Position numbers and translations under genes: made by a program. A stretch of DNA of 64,000 nucleotides, taken from positions 51,274,001-51,338,000 of the forward strand of contig OZ024740.1 of NCBI GenBank assembly GCA_964016885.1, in the 5' to 3' direction. This DNA is from Eledone cirrhosa. Lineage: Eukaryota. The notes beneath the pieces are model-generated. The model saw only the letters and a program-made list of their open reading frames with translations, had not been told where the DNA came from and did not search any database. This document shows, piece by piece, positions 38,512 to 51,879 of the stretch. Each line of letters begins with the position of its first letter. The stretch's first letter is position 1.

Positions 38512-39574
38512 TGTATCATGTGCTACGGACGACGCTAGAGCAATGGTCGGCCAACATAAGGGTTTCGTCACTCTTCTGAAGAGAGAAAATCTATCTGTAT
38601 TTGTTGTTCATTGTGTCATTCATCGACAACACTTGGCTGTGAAGAAACTCAGCAAGCCACTGAGCAAGTCCTTGCAGGTGGCCCTTGATGTCATCAATTT
38701 TATCAAACGGCATTCCTTCAATGAACGAATTTTCCGGCAACTGTGCCAAGATAATGACGAAGAATTCGTCAAGTTGCTCCTTCATAATGAAGTGAGGTGG
38801 CTTTCAAAGGGCAAGTGCCTTACTCACTTCTTTGAACTGTTTGACTCTATCATTGAGTTTCTGCGAGGACGCAACACAGAACTGTACAAGTAAACCCTCG
38901 ATGTGAGGCAAAACTGCGCCTACCTCACCGACATCGTCGACAAATGCAATAGCGTCATTTTGGCTTTGCAGGGGAAGAAGATCACCTTGCTTAAAGCAAG
39001 GAATGCTGTGAAAACATTCCTGGCCAAATTGAATGTCATCGAAAGGAATCTTTGTTGACGGGAATTCTATAATTTTCCTAGTGTCGCCAATGTTCAAAAC
39101 ATTGTAAGCGATGACCAACTCCAAATTTATACCGCTCACCTCCGTGCGCTACAAGAAAACACGAGAGAACGGTTTGTCGACCTTTTGCCGATGGTCATCC
39201 CAATGTGGGTAGCAGATCCCTTCACAGCTAACGTCGATGACTTGGACGTTATATTTCAGGAAGAATTCATTGAGCTTCAAGCAGATGACATGATCAAAAT
39301 TAGATTTCCCAAAATAGGTGAACCCCTTTTTTGGATGCAAGAGGAAATTCAGCGTCGATTTCCACACCTACGTGCAGAGGCTAAGAGATTTGCTCTCTCT
39401 TTTCCAAGCTCATACTTAGTCAAGAGGAGGTTTGGTGTTGTTTCCAGACTGCACAGTAAGGCTCGCAACCGCTACAATGTAATTACATGTGGAGATCTCC
39501 GGCTACATCGTACGAAAATCCAGCCTGACGTCAAAGAGTTAGCTAGACTCCATAAAGTTCAAGGGTCCCATTGA
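38512..39574 (+). pseudogene. C-terminal half of a Buster-type (SCAND3/ZBED8-like) transposase
   Basis: TDDARAMVG; HCVIHRQHL; LHNEVRWLSKG; FPSSYLV..CGDLRL..QPDV..QGSH; in-frame stops and frameshifts. Confidence 0.9.
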
Positions 39575-40369
39575 AATGAGGTCAAAGTTAAAGTAAGTTG
39601 ATTTATCCGAAAACTTGGATATGCTATTGTCACAAAGCAAACTAACAATTTTTTTTATTTGTAGTTGCAGTCTGACTGGACTGGAAACCATCTACTACAA
39701 TTCACTTACTCATTTGTTGTATATATTTTACCATTTACTAATAAATATACCCTCCCGCGTGGTCATGAAAACCCTCTTCCGTGGTCTCTAAGCTCACAAA
39801 GCAGAGGGGACATCAAGTTAGATATCAACATTTATTCTGTCTGTTTCATTAAAAAGAAAATTGGAAAGCTTTGAAATGATATAATTGCCACTTTCTTCCA
39901 GATAAGAGCACTCTATGGATAGACAGAGTTGCTCTTGTATAAATGTTCAAAATAGTTGGTATCGCCTGGTGGGAATATAACAAATTCAACTGGTCTTTAT
40001 TCATAAAAAAGAACATTTATGTTCCTTTTTTTGAAATTTATATATTTCCTTTCAAGGAATGTATTTATACTCTCAGCTGCCTACGATGGTATCTTTGGAA
40101 TATTGTTAATCAATTTTTTAGTAATCTACAGATATCAAAATCAGTAGTATATTGAAAAATGGAAAAATAGGGTAGGGGGGCGTTTCGTGATTTCGAGGGA
40201 CAAAAGGGGGCGTTTGGCCTAAATGGGTTGAGAACCTGTGGTTTAAATTAAAATAATAGGAGATTGACAAACATATATTAATGAAAATTAGAAATTTGTT
40301 GGAAATTTTTATTTTTTCAAAAGGCCGTACAAAATGGCATAGAAGACAGTATGTTCTCCACCTCTAATA

Positions 40370-41060
40370 TATACAATGTTTTAAACTTTCTTTTCTTTGG
40401 AGCATACATGAAGAGTTTGTGGAGTCTTCCTAGTCTGGAATAACCTACATACAATTGACCATGTGAGAAACAGCCTTAGCTAGATGGAGACCGACAACCT
40501 GTTAATGGTTATTGCGTAACTAACTCGCACTGGGAATTGCAATCATTTGAAACGAAAGGGGACATCTGTTAGTATTAGTGGCATTCTAGGTATACGATGT
40601 CTCCCTTACTACATCCAGTGAGGATTTGGGCTTCGATAATGTGAGGCTGTAGTTCAGTCACAACCATACGCATCTCATTGCACACTCTTGGCTGATCTAG
40701 GTTTCTGAGAAGCATGGGGACTGTGCCCTTCTCCAATTCAAAATTGTGTGGCAGCATACCGGACAGTTCCAGATTATTGAGAAATTCAATGAGATAACGA
40801 ATAGCATCGTTCTTGTCAACAACTTTGTCAATAGATTTATAGGTCTGGCTACCTCCAGGGATCATTTGTGAGAGATTTTGATGGCATTCTCTCTGATGTT
40901 TTAGGGAACAAGAATTACTCTTTCACACAGTCACTCCTCGTTGGAATGGTGGGTTTGTAAATTGGGGAACACATAATTAAGCTTACAACGCTTTCCGCAA
41001 CAGTACAAAATGATGAAGGATCAAAACATCCTTCAATATCAAAGGACTGCTTTTCTATAA
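40370..41060 (-). mobile_element. Helitron Pif1 helicase C-terminal fragment
   Basis: IEFLNNLELSGMLPHNFELEKGTVPMLLRNLDQPRVCN; LQFPVRVSYAITIN; FSHGQLYV. Confidence 0.88.
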
Positions 41061-41275
41061 ATTTAAACTACTGAGAGATGCTTATCTGTTACTCCGAGTG
41101 TCCCCATCCCTTCCTGCCTCTGTTGTTCAAACTGAAGAAATCTCCGAGGTTGGGAAAATTCTAGGGTTCTCCCCTCGCCCCACCTTTCTGTTTTCGGAAA
41201 AGGTGATTGCAAGCATGTCGGAGATCGGATTAGTTGAAAACACGAAAAAAACCTAAGTAAAATTATTTCTTCACG

Positions 41276-41407
<132 letters not shown>

Positions 41408-41504
41408 CCAGGGAGTGTAACTTGGAGTTACTGTAGGTTCACTCGGGTGAGCACTCGATGTTTAGGTTCACTTCAGTGTAGAGGTGTAGAGGTAGACAGT
41501 GTAT

Positions 41505-41624
41505 TATAGTGAAAAGATAATAAGGACGATTGCTTACTCCTTCATTACATTTATTGGTTGGGTGTCACCAACCTATAAATGTAATGAAGGAGTAACCAAT
41601 CGTCCTTATTATCTTTTCACTATA
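41505..41624. repeat. Near-perfect 57-bp inverted repeat ending in (TA)n
   Basis: 41505-41561 versus 41568-41624, 2 mismatches. Confidence 0.9.
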
Positions 41625-41736
41625 TATATATATATAGGCATACCTGACTTTTGAAAATGAAAATAAATTTACTTTCATTCTTCAGACCGTTAAAAGTCAG
41701 GTATGCCATATATATATATACACACGCGCACACACA

Positions 41737-42060
41737 CAGTTGCCCCCCGGTATTTGCGAGGGTTACGTTCCTAGAGCACCCACGAAAAGTGAAAAACCGC
41801 GAATATTGGACGTGGTCCATAAAAATGCCTATAAACGTCAAAATACAAGTAAAATATGATAAAAAAGAGGGAATGTCTTATGCGAAGAGGCGTCCAATAG
41901 ACGGGGAAACACGGTATATTGTTATTAATAATTTAGCGTTAAAGAATATATACATTGCCGCTAAAATAGCCATATAAAAATCGCGGAAGATATTTACGAT
42001 TCTGCGAATATGCGGTGGTTTCTGCGAATAACCGGGACCGTGAATGCCGAGGATACACTG
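41737..42060. mobile_element. pogo/Tigger-type MITE
   Basis: Imperfect TIRs CAGTTGCCCCCCGGTATTTGCG / CGTGAATGCCGAGGATACACTG; internal CGCGAATA motifs; TA TSD not preserved. Confidence 0.7.
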
Positions 42061-42314
42061 CATAAATATATACATATAATGCTCAGTATTTTATACTTGG
42101 AGCTTAATAATTACAGGGTTTCAATAAGAGTTATTAACTCTAATTCCCATTTATATTTCGGCTTCCTCATGAGGTGAGCTTATTAAGTTGCGTGTGTTGG
42201 ACTGTTGTTTCTAACCAATACACGCTTACCACGTTTGACTAGCGGCGCACGAGGTGATAAATTCATCTTTCTGTGTTAACGTTGGTACATAGTGTTTGTC
42301 GCATTTAATCAGAT

Positions 42315-42394
42315 TCTCTCGCTGATGATGCCCATGATTATCTGTTGCAAACACACTCAGGGCGAAACAGATTAGGGATAATCTGTCCGAGAGA
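42315..42394 (+). ncRNA. Complete type I hammerhead ribozyme within a PLE-like non-coding segment (about 42075-42540)
   Basis: Stem I TCTCTCG/CGAGAGA; CTGATGA; stem II GCCC/GGGC; GAAA; stem III CAGATTA-ggga-TAATCTG; GTC triplet at 42385-42387. Confidence 0.88.
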
Positions 42395-42863
42395 TATAAT
42401 TGTTATTGAGGCGGTTTGTATAATATAATTTTATTTTATCATTCTGTCTGCTTCATGGTTAAATATTTCAAACAAATGTGGTCTTTCAACCCTTGTAATA
42501 TTAGACACACGGTTTACTGTGTTTCTTACTGCATATATATTATTACATATACATACATACAGAAAGAGTAAGAGGCACATATACAGAGATAGAAAAAGCG
42601 GTAGTGAGAGAAAAGGGGGAAAGAGAGAAAGTGTTATATGACAAACCGGCAGACAACAAACGAAGAAAGGTTTTAGTTAGTTAGAGAGAGGGAGTAGATT
42701 GAGTGTGAGGTGAAATGAAGCCTGGCGGACGAAGAGACAGTATCTGTGTGCTTGAAATCTCAGTAAAATCTCCCCCAACTCGCTCCCTACGAAAAGTAAG
42801 GTGACAGTTAGCTTGATGGAGGCCAGATAAGTTGAAAACACACGAAAAACCTTAATCATTATA

Positions 42864-44005
42864 TTGGGTTGAGTCATAAATAATTCCCTTTTTTTTAAAA
42901 GCAAGTTGTAACTACGCATTTCAAACTTCTAATGTGTTAAATTCTCTGTTTAAAGAGTCTTCATTAGTGAAAAAGTGTGCATCATAATTTAATCTATGAT
43001 TTCACACCCTAAAATGGAGGAACTGGAAGTGCGTATTCAACACGTAATGTTGTGGGAGTTTAAGAATAACAAAACGGCTACAGAAACAGCTAAGAAAATT
43101 GTAGTGTTTATGTCCGAAACTGGTTTTCAAAGTTTTGTTTTGGGGATATGTCATTGAGAGATGAATCCAGACCAGGTCACTCACCAGACCTCAATCAAGA
43201 ATTTTAAGAGAATTGGTGGCATGTAATCCGTGTAAAAGTACTCAAGAATTAGCACTTGACCCCAACACATCCCAATACACAATCTGCCGTCATTTGGAAA
43301 AGATAGGAAAAGTGTGCAAGCTAGGCGTTTGGGTTCCTCATACTCTTAGTGAGAAGAATAAGGAAGATCGCATATCCATAGTGACAAGTCTTCTTTCAAA
43401 GCAGAGAAATGGCACGTTTTTCAAGAATATCATAATAGGTGATGAAAAATGGGTCTTTTATGACAATGTTCACGCAATTGGCAGTGGATTGACAAGGATA
43501 AATCTCTACAGTTATGCTGTGTGTATGGTGGGATCACTGCGGTATTTATTTTGAGTTTTTAAACCGCAATCAGAACTCAATGCAGACTTATACTCTCAAC
43601 AGCTGCAACGTGTGCATCAAAATCTTCTAAGAAAACGTCCCACATTCGTCAACAGAAGAAAGATTGTGCTTCTCCATGATAACGCGAAGCCACATTCAGC
43701 AAGAATCACGCAGGAAAAATTATTGGGTTTCACTAGACCTTGCACCAAGCGATTTCCAGCTTTTTCGTTCTCTGAAAAATGCAAAAAATGTTCTCAAGAA
43801 GAGCAGGTGAAAACGTTTGTGGAAAACTTCTTGAGCTCGAAACTAGCTGAATTTTGCTTGAGAGGAATCAACAAGCTACCTGACAAATGGCAAAAAGTGA
43901 TTCAAAATAATGGCGAATATACTATTGATTGAAATTAATTCATTGTTAAATTATTCATGAATAAATTATTTTACTAAAACAGAAATTATTTATGATTCAG
44001 CCCAA
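42864..44005 (+). mobile_element. mariner element with disrupted D,D34D-type transposase (about 43014-43932)
   Basis: TIRs TTGGGTTGAGTCATAAATAATT / AATTATTTATGATTCAGCCCAA, TA TSD; WVPHTL, IGDEKW, HDNAKPH, PDLAPSD. Confidence 0.93.
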
Positions 44006-44825
44006 TAAATTTCATTTAGTGTTATTGGTGGTGAACGTACAAACAAACTTCCTTTTTATAACGATATAGATTCCAGAGTCATTAACTCTTCGCCTATGGT
44101 TATATCACTCTCATGTGCTGCTGGTAACATTGGTTGGCACCGGATGGTCTTTTGTGGTATCCAAGTGTGTCCCAGTGTCTGTTCAACATGTCATCAGCGA
44201 CCTGATGACCCGCAATATATGTTCTTTCAAGCTGAGCACCTAGCCTCTCTCAGTTCGAAATCCGACCTGTGTGGTGAAAAGCCACATCCTACACGAGATG
44301 CCTCTGATATGGCTATCATAAGATAGTCTAGCAGAACAGGTCTAGAGGAGTAAGTCATCAGTTTCATTAGACACCCTCGGTATTTTGAACACCAGTGGCT
44401 TATCAGATGATCGACTATTAATTCGTCAAAGGATGGCACAACTGCTCCAGTTAGCGGAGAAATCTATGGATATGCAGGTGTAGCGAGCCACATATTTTCT
44501 AGCCATTAGTAAAAGCAAAATGCTTCACCTTAGATGGAAAAACAAGAACTCTTCATCAGTACTCGCTTTCCTACGCACAGACACCGTGTGAAAGACAGTA
44601 AATTCTTACAGATTTTGTAAACAAAATGTTCTTTTTGAAAGTTTATTTACATATAGTGCATTCTTGACTGAGTATTTTTAATTAGTGATAGGACTAACAC
44701 AGCGTGATTAAGAATAAAGACGTATATGAAGCCATGTACAGTATGTCCATGCATAATAAAAATAGCTTGCTTTCATTTAATGCAAGTTTGACCAGTTAGC
44801 GTTAAATGTATATTTATTATACATA

Positions 44826-45360
44826 CTAGCAGAAAAATCAGCCTTCGAGTGGTTTTCTCCTAGTATATGCAATGTGCTTATTGATATTATACGCAAATAT
44901 ATATGTATGTAAATATAATACATAAAATAAAATCGTAATTCAGAATATGCACAGAAATTAAAGAGAGACTGTGTTACACTGCCTTCTGTAATCAGTAAAG
45001 TAATCCATGATATATTTAAAAAAAGACGATATTATATATTAACTGCATTACGGTGAAATGTAATGAAAACGAAAAAGGAGAAAATTAGCGACAGAAATAT
45101 AAACGTTATGATATAACGATGCAAATATATGAACGTTTATATAAGCGATATGATATAGCGTACGTTATATCAAAACCGGAAGTATTGACATTTTAAAAGA
45201 AGTGAATCAACAGTTTAATCAACAGTTACGAAATTTAGTACATAAATTATGTAATATTCATTCATTATTTGTTTAAAGTAATCCGACTTATTTTACTAAC
45301 GGGATAAAAAAATATATATTCAGGACACAATCCCGCACTCCTCCCTTTATTATATTATGA
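44826..45360 (-). mobile_element. Possible non-autonomous Helitron
   Basis: CTAG|T terminus on minus at 44826 preceded by an imperfect hairpin; TC-ATAATATAATAAA-like start at about 45360. Confidence 0.4.
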
Positions 45361-47245
45361 TACATATGTATTTAGGTCTACATACGCCTGTATACTGAAT
45401 CACGTTGTGTTAATGCCACCGTTAATCCCACTTGATGGTCAAGATTGCACTATATGCCAAATTAACTATAATTATTATGAATAAGCATTATATATGGTTA
45501 TTTACAAATGTTTGTCTACACATAGTTTCTTTACAATTACTGACTTCCCACTGGTCAATCACTGGCTCATTGCGTTTTTGACATCGATGATGACCTGGGA
45601 GTGTCTGTAAACCGTTGCATAACAAATATCACAAGGGATTTCGTTTGTAAATGAGCAGGGATTTTTTACTAACCAATGTTTTCTGTATCCTTAGTTGCTA
45701 ATATATAATGGCATTTCATTTTCTCAACTTGGAAGAATGAAAATCAAAGTTGATCCAGGTGTTATGTCATCGTCCTTCATTTTATTTATTTATTGAATAA
45801 ATGTTATTCCATTTACAAAGATAATTTTCAAAGGGAAACGTTTATAATCGATTGAATTGACTACATTATCCACAGTTGTTGTTGGTGGTGTAATAACAAT
45901 GCAATCTTACGATCAAAGTTATTCAGGCAATGACCATCAAGTATAATGTAAATAAGACTACATTTGAAACATGAAATTAGAATTCGGCAAAACTTTTTTT
46001 AAAGTCAATCTTTATTAAGATTAGGGTTGGGGTTGACATTAAGGTTAGGGTTGGAGTGAGGGTTTGGTTTAAGAAACAGTTTCTTATGTTTTAAATGTAG
46101 CAATCCGAAGAGATTTCCGGAAAAAAAACTCTTAAAAAATAAAAAATAAAATAAAAAAAAAACGATTTGGTTGTTATGTCAAGCAGGTCAAGCGATCACC
46201 TAGAGACTTCCTCGTTAACGCTTTTATTGATCTATGATGGTTGTTTTAAGGTGTTTACCAATGATTTAAAAAAATCTGTCTGACATATAAGTGTCTTTAG
46301 TGGAAATTATTCTGTTGCAAGCTATGTAGTTATATATATAACTATATGTCATATAAGAGGTATTAGAGGAAGGCCTTGGGACAATGTTCTTCCTACGCAG
46401 ACTAACAGTTAAATAGGCAGAGTAGTAGACGAAGTAGCTAACCAAAATTGTTTGTTTACGGCTACTTGTACCGCTTCCGCAACGTGATTATAAGCGAAAT
46501 ACAAACGGAGGGTATTCATAAAAAATGCCTGGCTTTCAACTTCTTAAAGCAAAATCAATCCTCAAATAAACATGACTTAAACCAACAGAAAAGAAAAATA
46601 AATATGTGAATAAATAAATTTTAAAATACCTGAAGTCTATCTGGTGCGTTATCCCTTTTTTTTTTTTAACAATTTTTGCAAGGAAGAAGATATTTTTAAG
46701 ACTCAGTAAAATTTTAACGATGTAAACTAAAGAAACTTCACATTTATTTATTTAATATTCAAATTTATTTTAGAATCATTTCATATAATTGCATATCGCG
46801 TGAAGGTTTGTTTTGACGCTTGATATCTCTCGTATACAATGCCATCTTCATATTCCGATAGGAAAAATGTACAAAAATATAATCAAAACGTGACCTAAAA
46901 CGAATTAACAACCGTTGTTTCCAGGAATATCCAAATACCGGGACTTAACCAACTGCTTCCTTTTCGTACCAGTTGCCATCAAGACTTCCGGTGGCCTCGG
47001 TCCCCGAACTACCGTGTTCCTCCACAAAACTGAGTGGAGTGTTTTCCGCATTAGGAAGGAAAACCGTAAGATGAAATGACTGATAAAACAGGTGTCACTA
47101 GCTGTTCTCTATCACAATACCTTCGTCATTTTGCCCGCAGCCGATTTCTTCCAAAGAAATGTGTTCAGTCATGGAGAAGGGATGGATTTTACCAGGTTTA
47201 AAATGCCTAAGACTCCACCACGAATTCCGAGCCCACGCACACATA

Positions 47246-47658
47246 ATTGTTTCTACATTTGGCACAAGGCCAGCAATGACCAGTGCATTACTGGTATTTT
47301 ATTTTATCGACCCCGTACGGATGAAAGGCAAAGTTGACCTCGACAGGAATTGAACTCAGACTGTAAAGGGCTGTAACTCTATGCTGAAAAGCATGACGCC
47401 CGACCTTCTACCGATACTGCCAATCCACCGCCATACATAATGGTTTCTTATATAGGCACAAGGCCAGCAATTTAGGGGGAATGGGAAAGTCGATTAAATC
47501 GATCCCAGTGCGTGACTGGTACTTTATTTTATCGACCCCGTAAGGATAAAAAGGCAAAGTTAACCTCGGCAGGATTTGAACTCAGGTCATAAGGGGCCGT
47601 AACTCTATGCGTCAAAGCATGGCGTCCGACCCTCTACCGATACTGACAATCCACCGCC
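47246..47658 (-). mobile_element. Two tandem family A SINEs (47246-47432; 47440-47658)
   Basis: A/B boxes and shared core; ACATAAT at all three junctions. Confidence 0.88.
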
Positions 47659-48763
47659 ATACATAATAAAACATAATACTTTTCCGAGGGACAATGATTA
47701 CTACGAACGAGATGCATGTTCGAGTGTTCTATAATGGAACAATCTATTATATTACTGTTAACGTTACAGGAGCGGTGGAAGCATTTCTGAATTGGGGACG
47801 GGGGGGGGGGGGGGGGGGATTTTGGTTAATTTTTTATTTGTAGTGATTAGTTTAGCTGTTATTATCAAATACCAACCAAGATATAAAAATAACTTCGATA
47901 TACAATAAACATAACATGTAAATAAATTGTAGAGCATATACAAATAGATGTGTGTTTTGGTAGTTTGGGGAGAAAAATATAATTATTAGGGGAACCATGT
48001 TCCACCGCACCTGCATCATCATCCTTGAAACTTTATTCACATTTGGATAGCGAAGTGGTGAAATTGTAAGGTGGTTTCTGAGTATGAATGTATACATAAG
48101 TTGTGTGAAATTAACCAACATCAAGCCTATAACTGAAGATTTGATGCAGACTATAAAGAGTCGAAAACGAAAGATGCTGCGCTCACGGAGAGTCCAATTG
48201 GCAATGCAAGTTCCTTTCTTATTTAAACCGATTCTCTTCACTTACTCATCGTACTCCATCTAAAGTCGATATAATAAAGTACCAGTCAAGAACGGGGGTA
48301 GATATACAAGAGAGTCAACGGCCATCTAATAAAGTATTTTTTGTGGAGCGAAAAACTCCTAGTCTTCATTAAAGACATCTCTCTAGGAGAAGGTCACTTC
48401 GATATATTGTTTGCATCCAATTATGTAGACCAGTCCTTTTTGGAAAAATGCATTTTATGTCCAGAGAGTGGGATTGGCTTCGTGCAGGCATCGTTTGATA
48501 TGTGACATTTCTTGCGATGCATGGCATTGCTGGCCATAGGTAAGTCCCTAGCAAGACTAGGAAGCCATGTCCATGGTGCTTATGCTTAAGTATCAAGCGA
48601 TGGTATATTCGAAATAGCAGCCATCCTCATCATGTATGCATGTATGTATGTACGTACGAGGGCGTTGTCGTGACATACGACATTTTAAACCTGGCGAAAC
48701 CCATCGCCTTTTTTTATCTGAACACAGCTGAGAACGAGAGTGAGAAAGAGATATAGTGGAAGA

Positions 48764-48896
48764 ATCGACCCCAGCACTCGACTGGTGCTTTTTATATCGA
48801 CCTCGAAAGTTTGAAAGGCAAAGTTGACCTCAAAGAGTGCAGAGAGCCAAAATGACTTCGATCCGATGCTTTAACAACCTTGCCAATCCGCCGCCT
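48764..48896 (-). mobile_element. Family A SINE, degraded
   Basis: GACTGGTGCTTTTTATATCGACC..GAAAGGCAAAGTTGACCTC..TGCCAATCCGCCGCC. Confidence 0.7.
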
Positions 48897-49334
48897 TTAC
48901 AGATGGGTGTTGAACTCAAGAAGAAAAAAAAAAAGCAATTATCTGTTTAAACTTGATGCATTTGTATGGCACTGGCCTAAGTGAAGGGAAATGGTTACAA
49001 TAAAAACATTATCATGACTTGGCTTTCCACGAGCGTGTCTTTACTACTTCTCAATGGCACTTATCAATGTTATCTTTGTGATAAAAAATAAAGGTTACGG
49101 TGGACACATTCCTAAGTCGCCTGAAACTGAAATATTAGCTACACTATAACTGCTTTATTATCGCAACATCTCATGGTAGCGTCGATTTAGTTGACATATA
49201 TAATATCTATTTCCCATATCTTGACCGCCAGACGTAAAGATCGATTTTGAGAAGGTTCAGGGGACGTTGGGGCCTATGGGACCGGGGTGGTGGTGGTAGA
49301 GATGATATAATAGTATATCAAATATCAAATGATA

Positions 49335-49882
49335 TGTAACAGAATTCTACTATGTTTTATCTGGCGAAGATTCAAAACCGAATATAAAATTTCTTGGATG
49401 TGTAGCATTTTCGCAGTGAAGTGTTTGGTAATGAATTGAAGTATAGAAGCGAAGTCACCGTAAATCTTCTGTAGAATCGAAGTTTGGTAAATAATTTGAA
49501 GAATGTGATTCGTGAGCGTCGACAGTTGAAGTGAAGGCTGTGTTGCTTTAGCTCGGGGTCATCATTATGTAGTGATGGGGGTAACCATTATGTAGCGAAT
49601 AGATGTATTCTTTGCAGGATGAATGATAACAAGAATGATGCAAGAATTGTGATGTTGACAATGTTTATTTTATAATAACACTATAGCTAGAAGGATGTGT
49701 ATATGGGTTGATTTAGGAATAGACGTGTGTGTTTCGTCTGTCAAGTGCATGGGGTCACAGGTCAAGTGGCACATACGTTTATCATAGTTGTTTTTTGACG
49801 GGACAACGGTGGTTTTAGAGGCAAGAAATTTTAGATTCGGTTTCGAATCTTCGCCAGGTAAAACATGATAGAATCTGTTACA
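49335..49882. mobile_element. MITE with ~60-bp TGT-terminated TIRs (Ginger-like)
   Basis: TGTAACAGAATTCTACTATGTTTTATCTGGCGAAGATTC.. is inverted to ..GAATCTTCGCCAGGTAAAACATGATAGAATCTGTTACA; flanks GATA / GTTA. Confidence 0.7.
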
Positions 49883-49983
49883 GTTACATATTGTATATAG
49901 TAAAAAATATATATATAATATTTATTTATACATAGTATACATTATATTATTTATTATATATAAATTAACAATTTTATTTATCA

Positions 49984-50492
49984 CTAGACAACCCGTGACC
50001 CGTTGGGTCACGTTCGCTTAAAAATAATTTTTAAATAATTAAATAATTAAAATATTCAGACATGTATATAATGTAAAATGAAACTGGGAGGCCCATATAT
50101 ATATATGGGGGGGGGCGGGTCTGTGTGTGTGGGGGTGTCTGTGACCTATATACACTGGTCACACACATACACATATATATATATACACAGACATATATAT
50201 ATGCACATAACAACACTCTCTCTCTTCCATTTTCCTTCTGTCTCCTGCTCTCTCTCTCTCTCTCAATCTACTCTCTCACAACCACTATATCTTTCTCCCT
50301 CTCTATTTATGGAGGTGCCCGGAAAAACCCGTATCCCTGGAACCCTTGCTCCGATTTACTCGAAACTTATTTTATTCCATTTCTATTCCCATTTCAGGGG
50401 CAACTTCCTTTCAAAGTATTTTCCCATTATGCACCGTTTTGGCTGTAAATTACAAACAAGTACACAATCACAGAGTTTTAGTAGTATGTAGA
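49984..50492 (-). mobile_element. Non-autonomous Helitron
   Basis: Minus strand: A|TC start; hairpin CGTGACCC-aac-GGGTCACG 6 nt before CTAG|T; internal microsatellites. Confidence 0.8.
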
Positions 50493-50829
50493 TATAGTAT
50501 TTACAATTTCCGTGGAGGCAGATCTCTCTGAAAATAGGGGTGGGGGCGCCGAAGGTATTACGTGGTCATGGGGGTGACGGTGGCCCAAAACGTTTCAGAA
50601 CCTATGGTATACACAGTTTTCTATGGACTGACTTTAATTGAAGTGCCAATGGGAGAATTCCTGATTCGGCTAGCTGGCCGTATCGCTCTGCTTGCTGGAA
50701 TAAACTGATTATGCAGCGTCACCTTTGAGAGGTTAGAGCAGAAACAGATGGTGAAGCTTGTTATCTCAGATAAACTCCAGTTGGACAATTTTTCCAGACT
50801 GGTAAGCGACAGCAGTCTCGAAACAGAGG

Positions 50830-51045
50830 AAAATGAGCTTCTATGTTGCCAAGAAGTCAGCGTGTGGTCACCTTGACCCACTGCACCAACAAGAAAACAA
50901 AAGTTCAAATGACTGCTACATACACGCACGCACACGTTCGATCTCGCGAGGTGGAGTGGCTGTTCCAGCACGTCTCCCTTGCCGTCCTCCAGAGCAATGT
51001 ATTCTCCATCCTGTCGGCCAGGACCAAGCGCCGGAGGGTAAGTTA
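50830..51045 (+). mobile_element. CRE-clade extreme C-terminal fragment
   Basis: REVEWLFQHVSLAVLQSNVFSILSA, homologous to 14935-15000 and 59620-59695. Confidence 0.65.
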
Positions 51046-51454
51046 GTTGGAGATGGAGAATACTCACTCGAGCGTCTCTCTCTCTCACCAAAAACAATAA
51101 CACATCATGTAGATTATAAATATTTATAAGCTTCAATAATAAATCTGATTACATCTAATCATAACAGTATAATAATAGAAAATTTTATATCTAAAGTATT
51201 CATGGATATATATGTGGTGTGAGCATTGAGGATTTAAGGCGACTGCTAAACATGACGAAACGTTGTTAAAAGCATGGTATCATCTCACTCTTTTTACTTT
51301 TGATTTTCTTTATACAGTAATGAGAAACCAATGACTGAGTATGGATATCTAAACGCTAGCTGGATAGATAGAATTGCTTTTAGAATGTAATGTAAAAAAA
51401 CAAAAAAAAAACGGCCGAAATAGGGTTCCTCCGAATGGTCTATGGAGTACCGTT

Positions 51455-51700
51455 ATTCAATAGAGTGCGTAGCTCGGAGATCAGGGTGTCGCTCCAAGTA
51501 GAGCCGTTACAGCTCCGATAATATGGACATGTCGTTAGAATGTCTAAGGAAAACCAATCGGCAGGAGAGCCAGGGGTAGACCCCGAGCAAGATGCCTGGA
51601 TGACATCCATGCACTCGGCTGGTCTCGCTTGGGGATCCTGCCAGACCAATTGGCAACTGTTGCTTTTGACGGGACCCGTTAGAAGAAGAAATGACGAAAA
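51455..51700 (+). mobile_element. RTE-type LINE 3' fragment
   Basis: LQLR*YGHVVRM followed by GRPRARCLDDI; similar piece at 5385-5480. Confidence 0.55.
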
Positions 51701-51879
51701 TATAGTCGATTTAATAGGCACTACTATATGAACTGTGCTTATTTTATTTGTATGAAAGATGAAAGAACATAAAGGGCCCTTGTCTATACACCAGAAGCCA
51801 CCCTACAGTTCCTGCCATATCCCGATACAACAGTAAAACATTATTGCTACCTCTGTGGTGCGGGCTCGGGTGGAGTGGA

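Larger units (their letters stand above)
37758..40240 (+). mobile_element. hAT transposon (Buster/Charlie type), internally rearranged
   Basis: TIRs CAAAGGTTCTCAAC / GTTGAGAACCTGTG; perfect 8-bp TSD GTTTAAAT with central TA (37750-37757, 40241-40248). Confidence 0.93.

Noticed and set aside
44080-44590. Possible RNase H-like LINE remnant (HIAGHQVADD)
   Set aside because: Single weak motif across several frameshifts
46018-46072. Telomere-like TTAGGG motifs (also about 3255-3285)
   Set aside because: Only scattered degenerate units inside dispersed repeats; no array
47852-48241. 129-aa hydrophobic ORF and similar short ORFs in AT-rich or microsatellite DNA
   Set aside because: Composition-driven or antisense to TE ORFs; no recognisable domain
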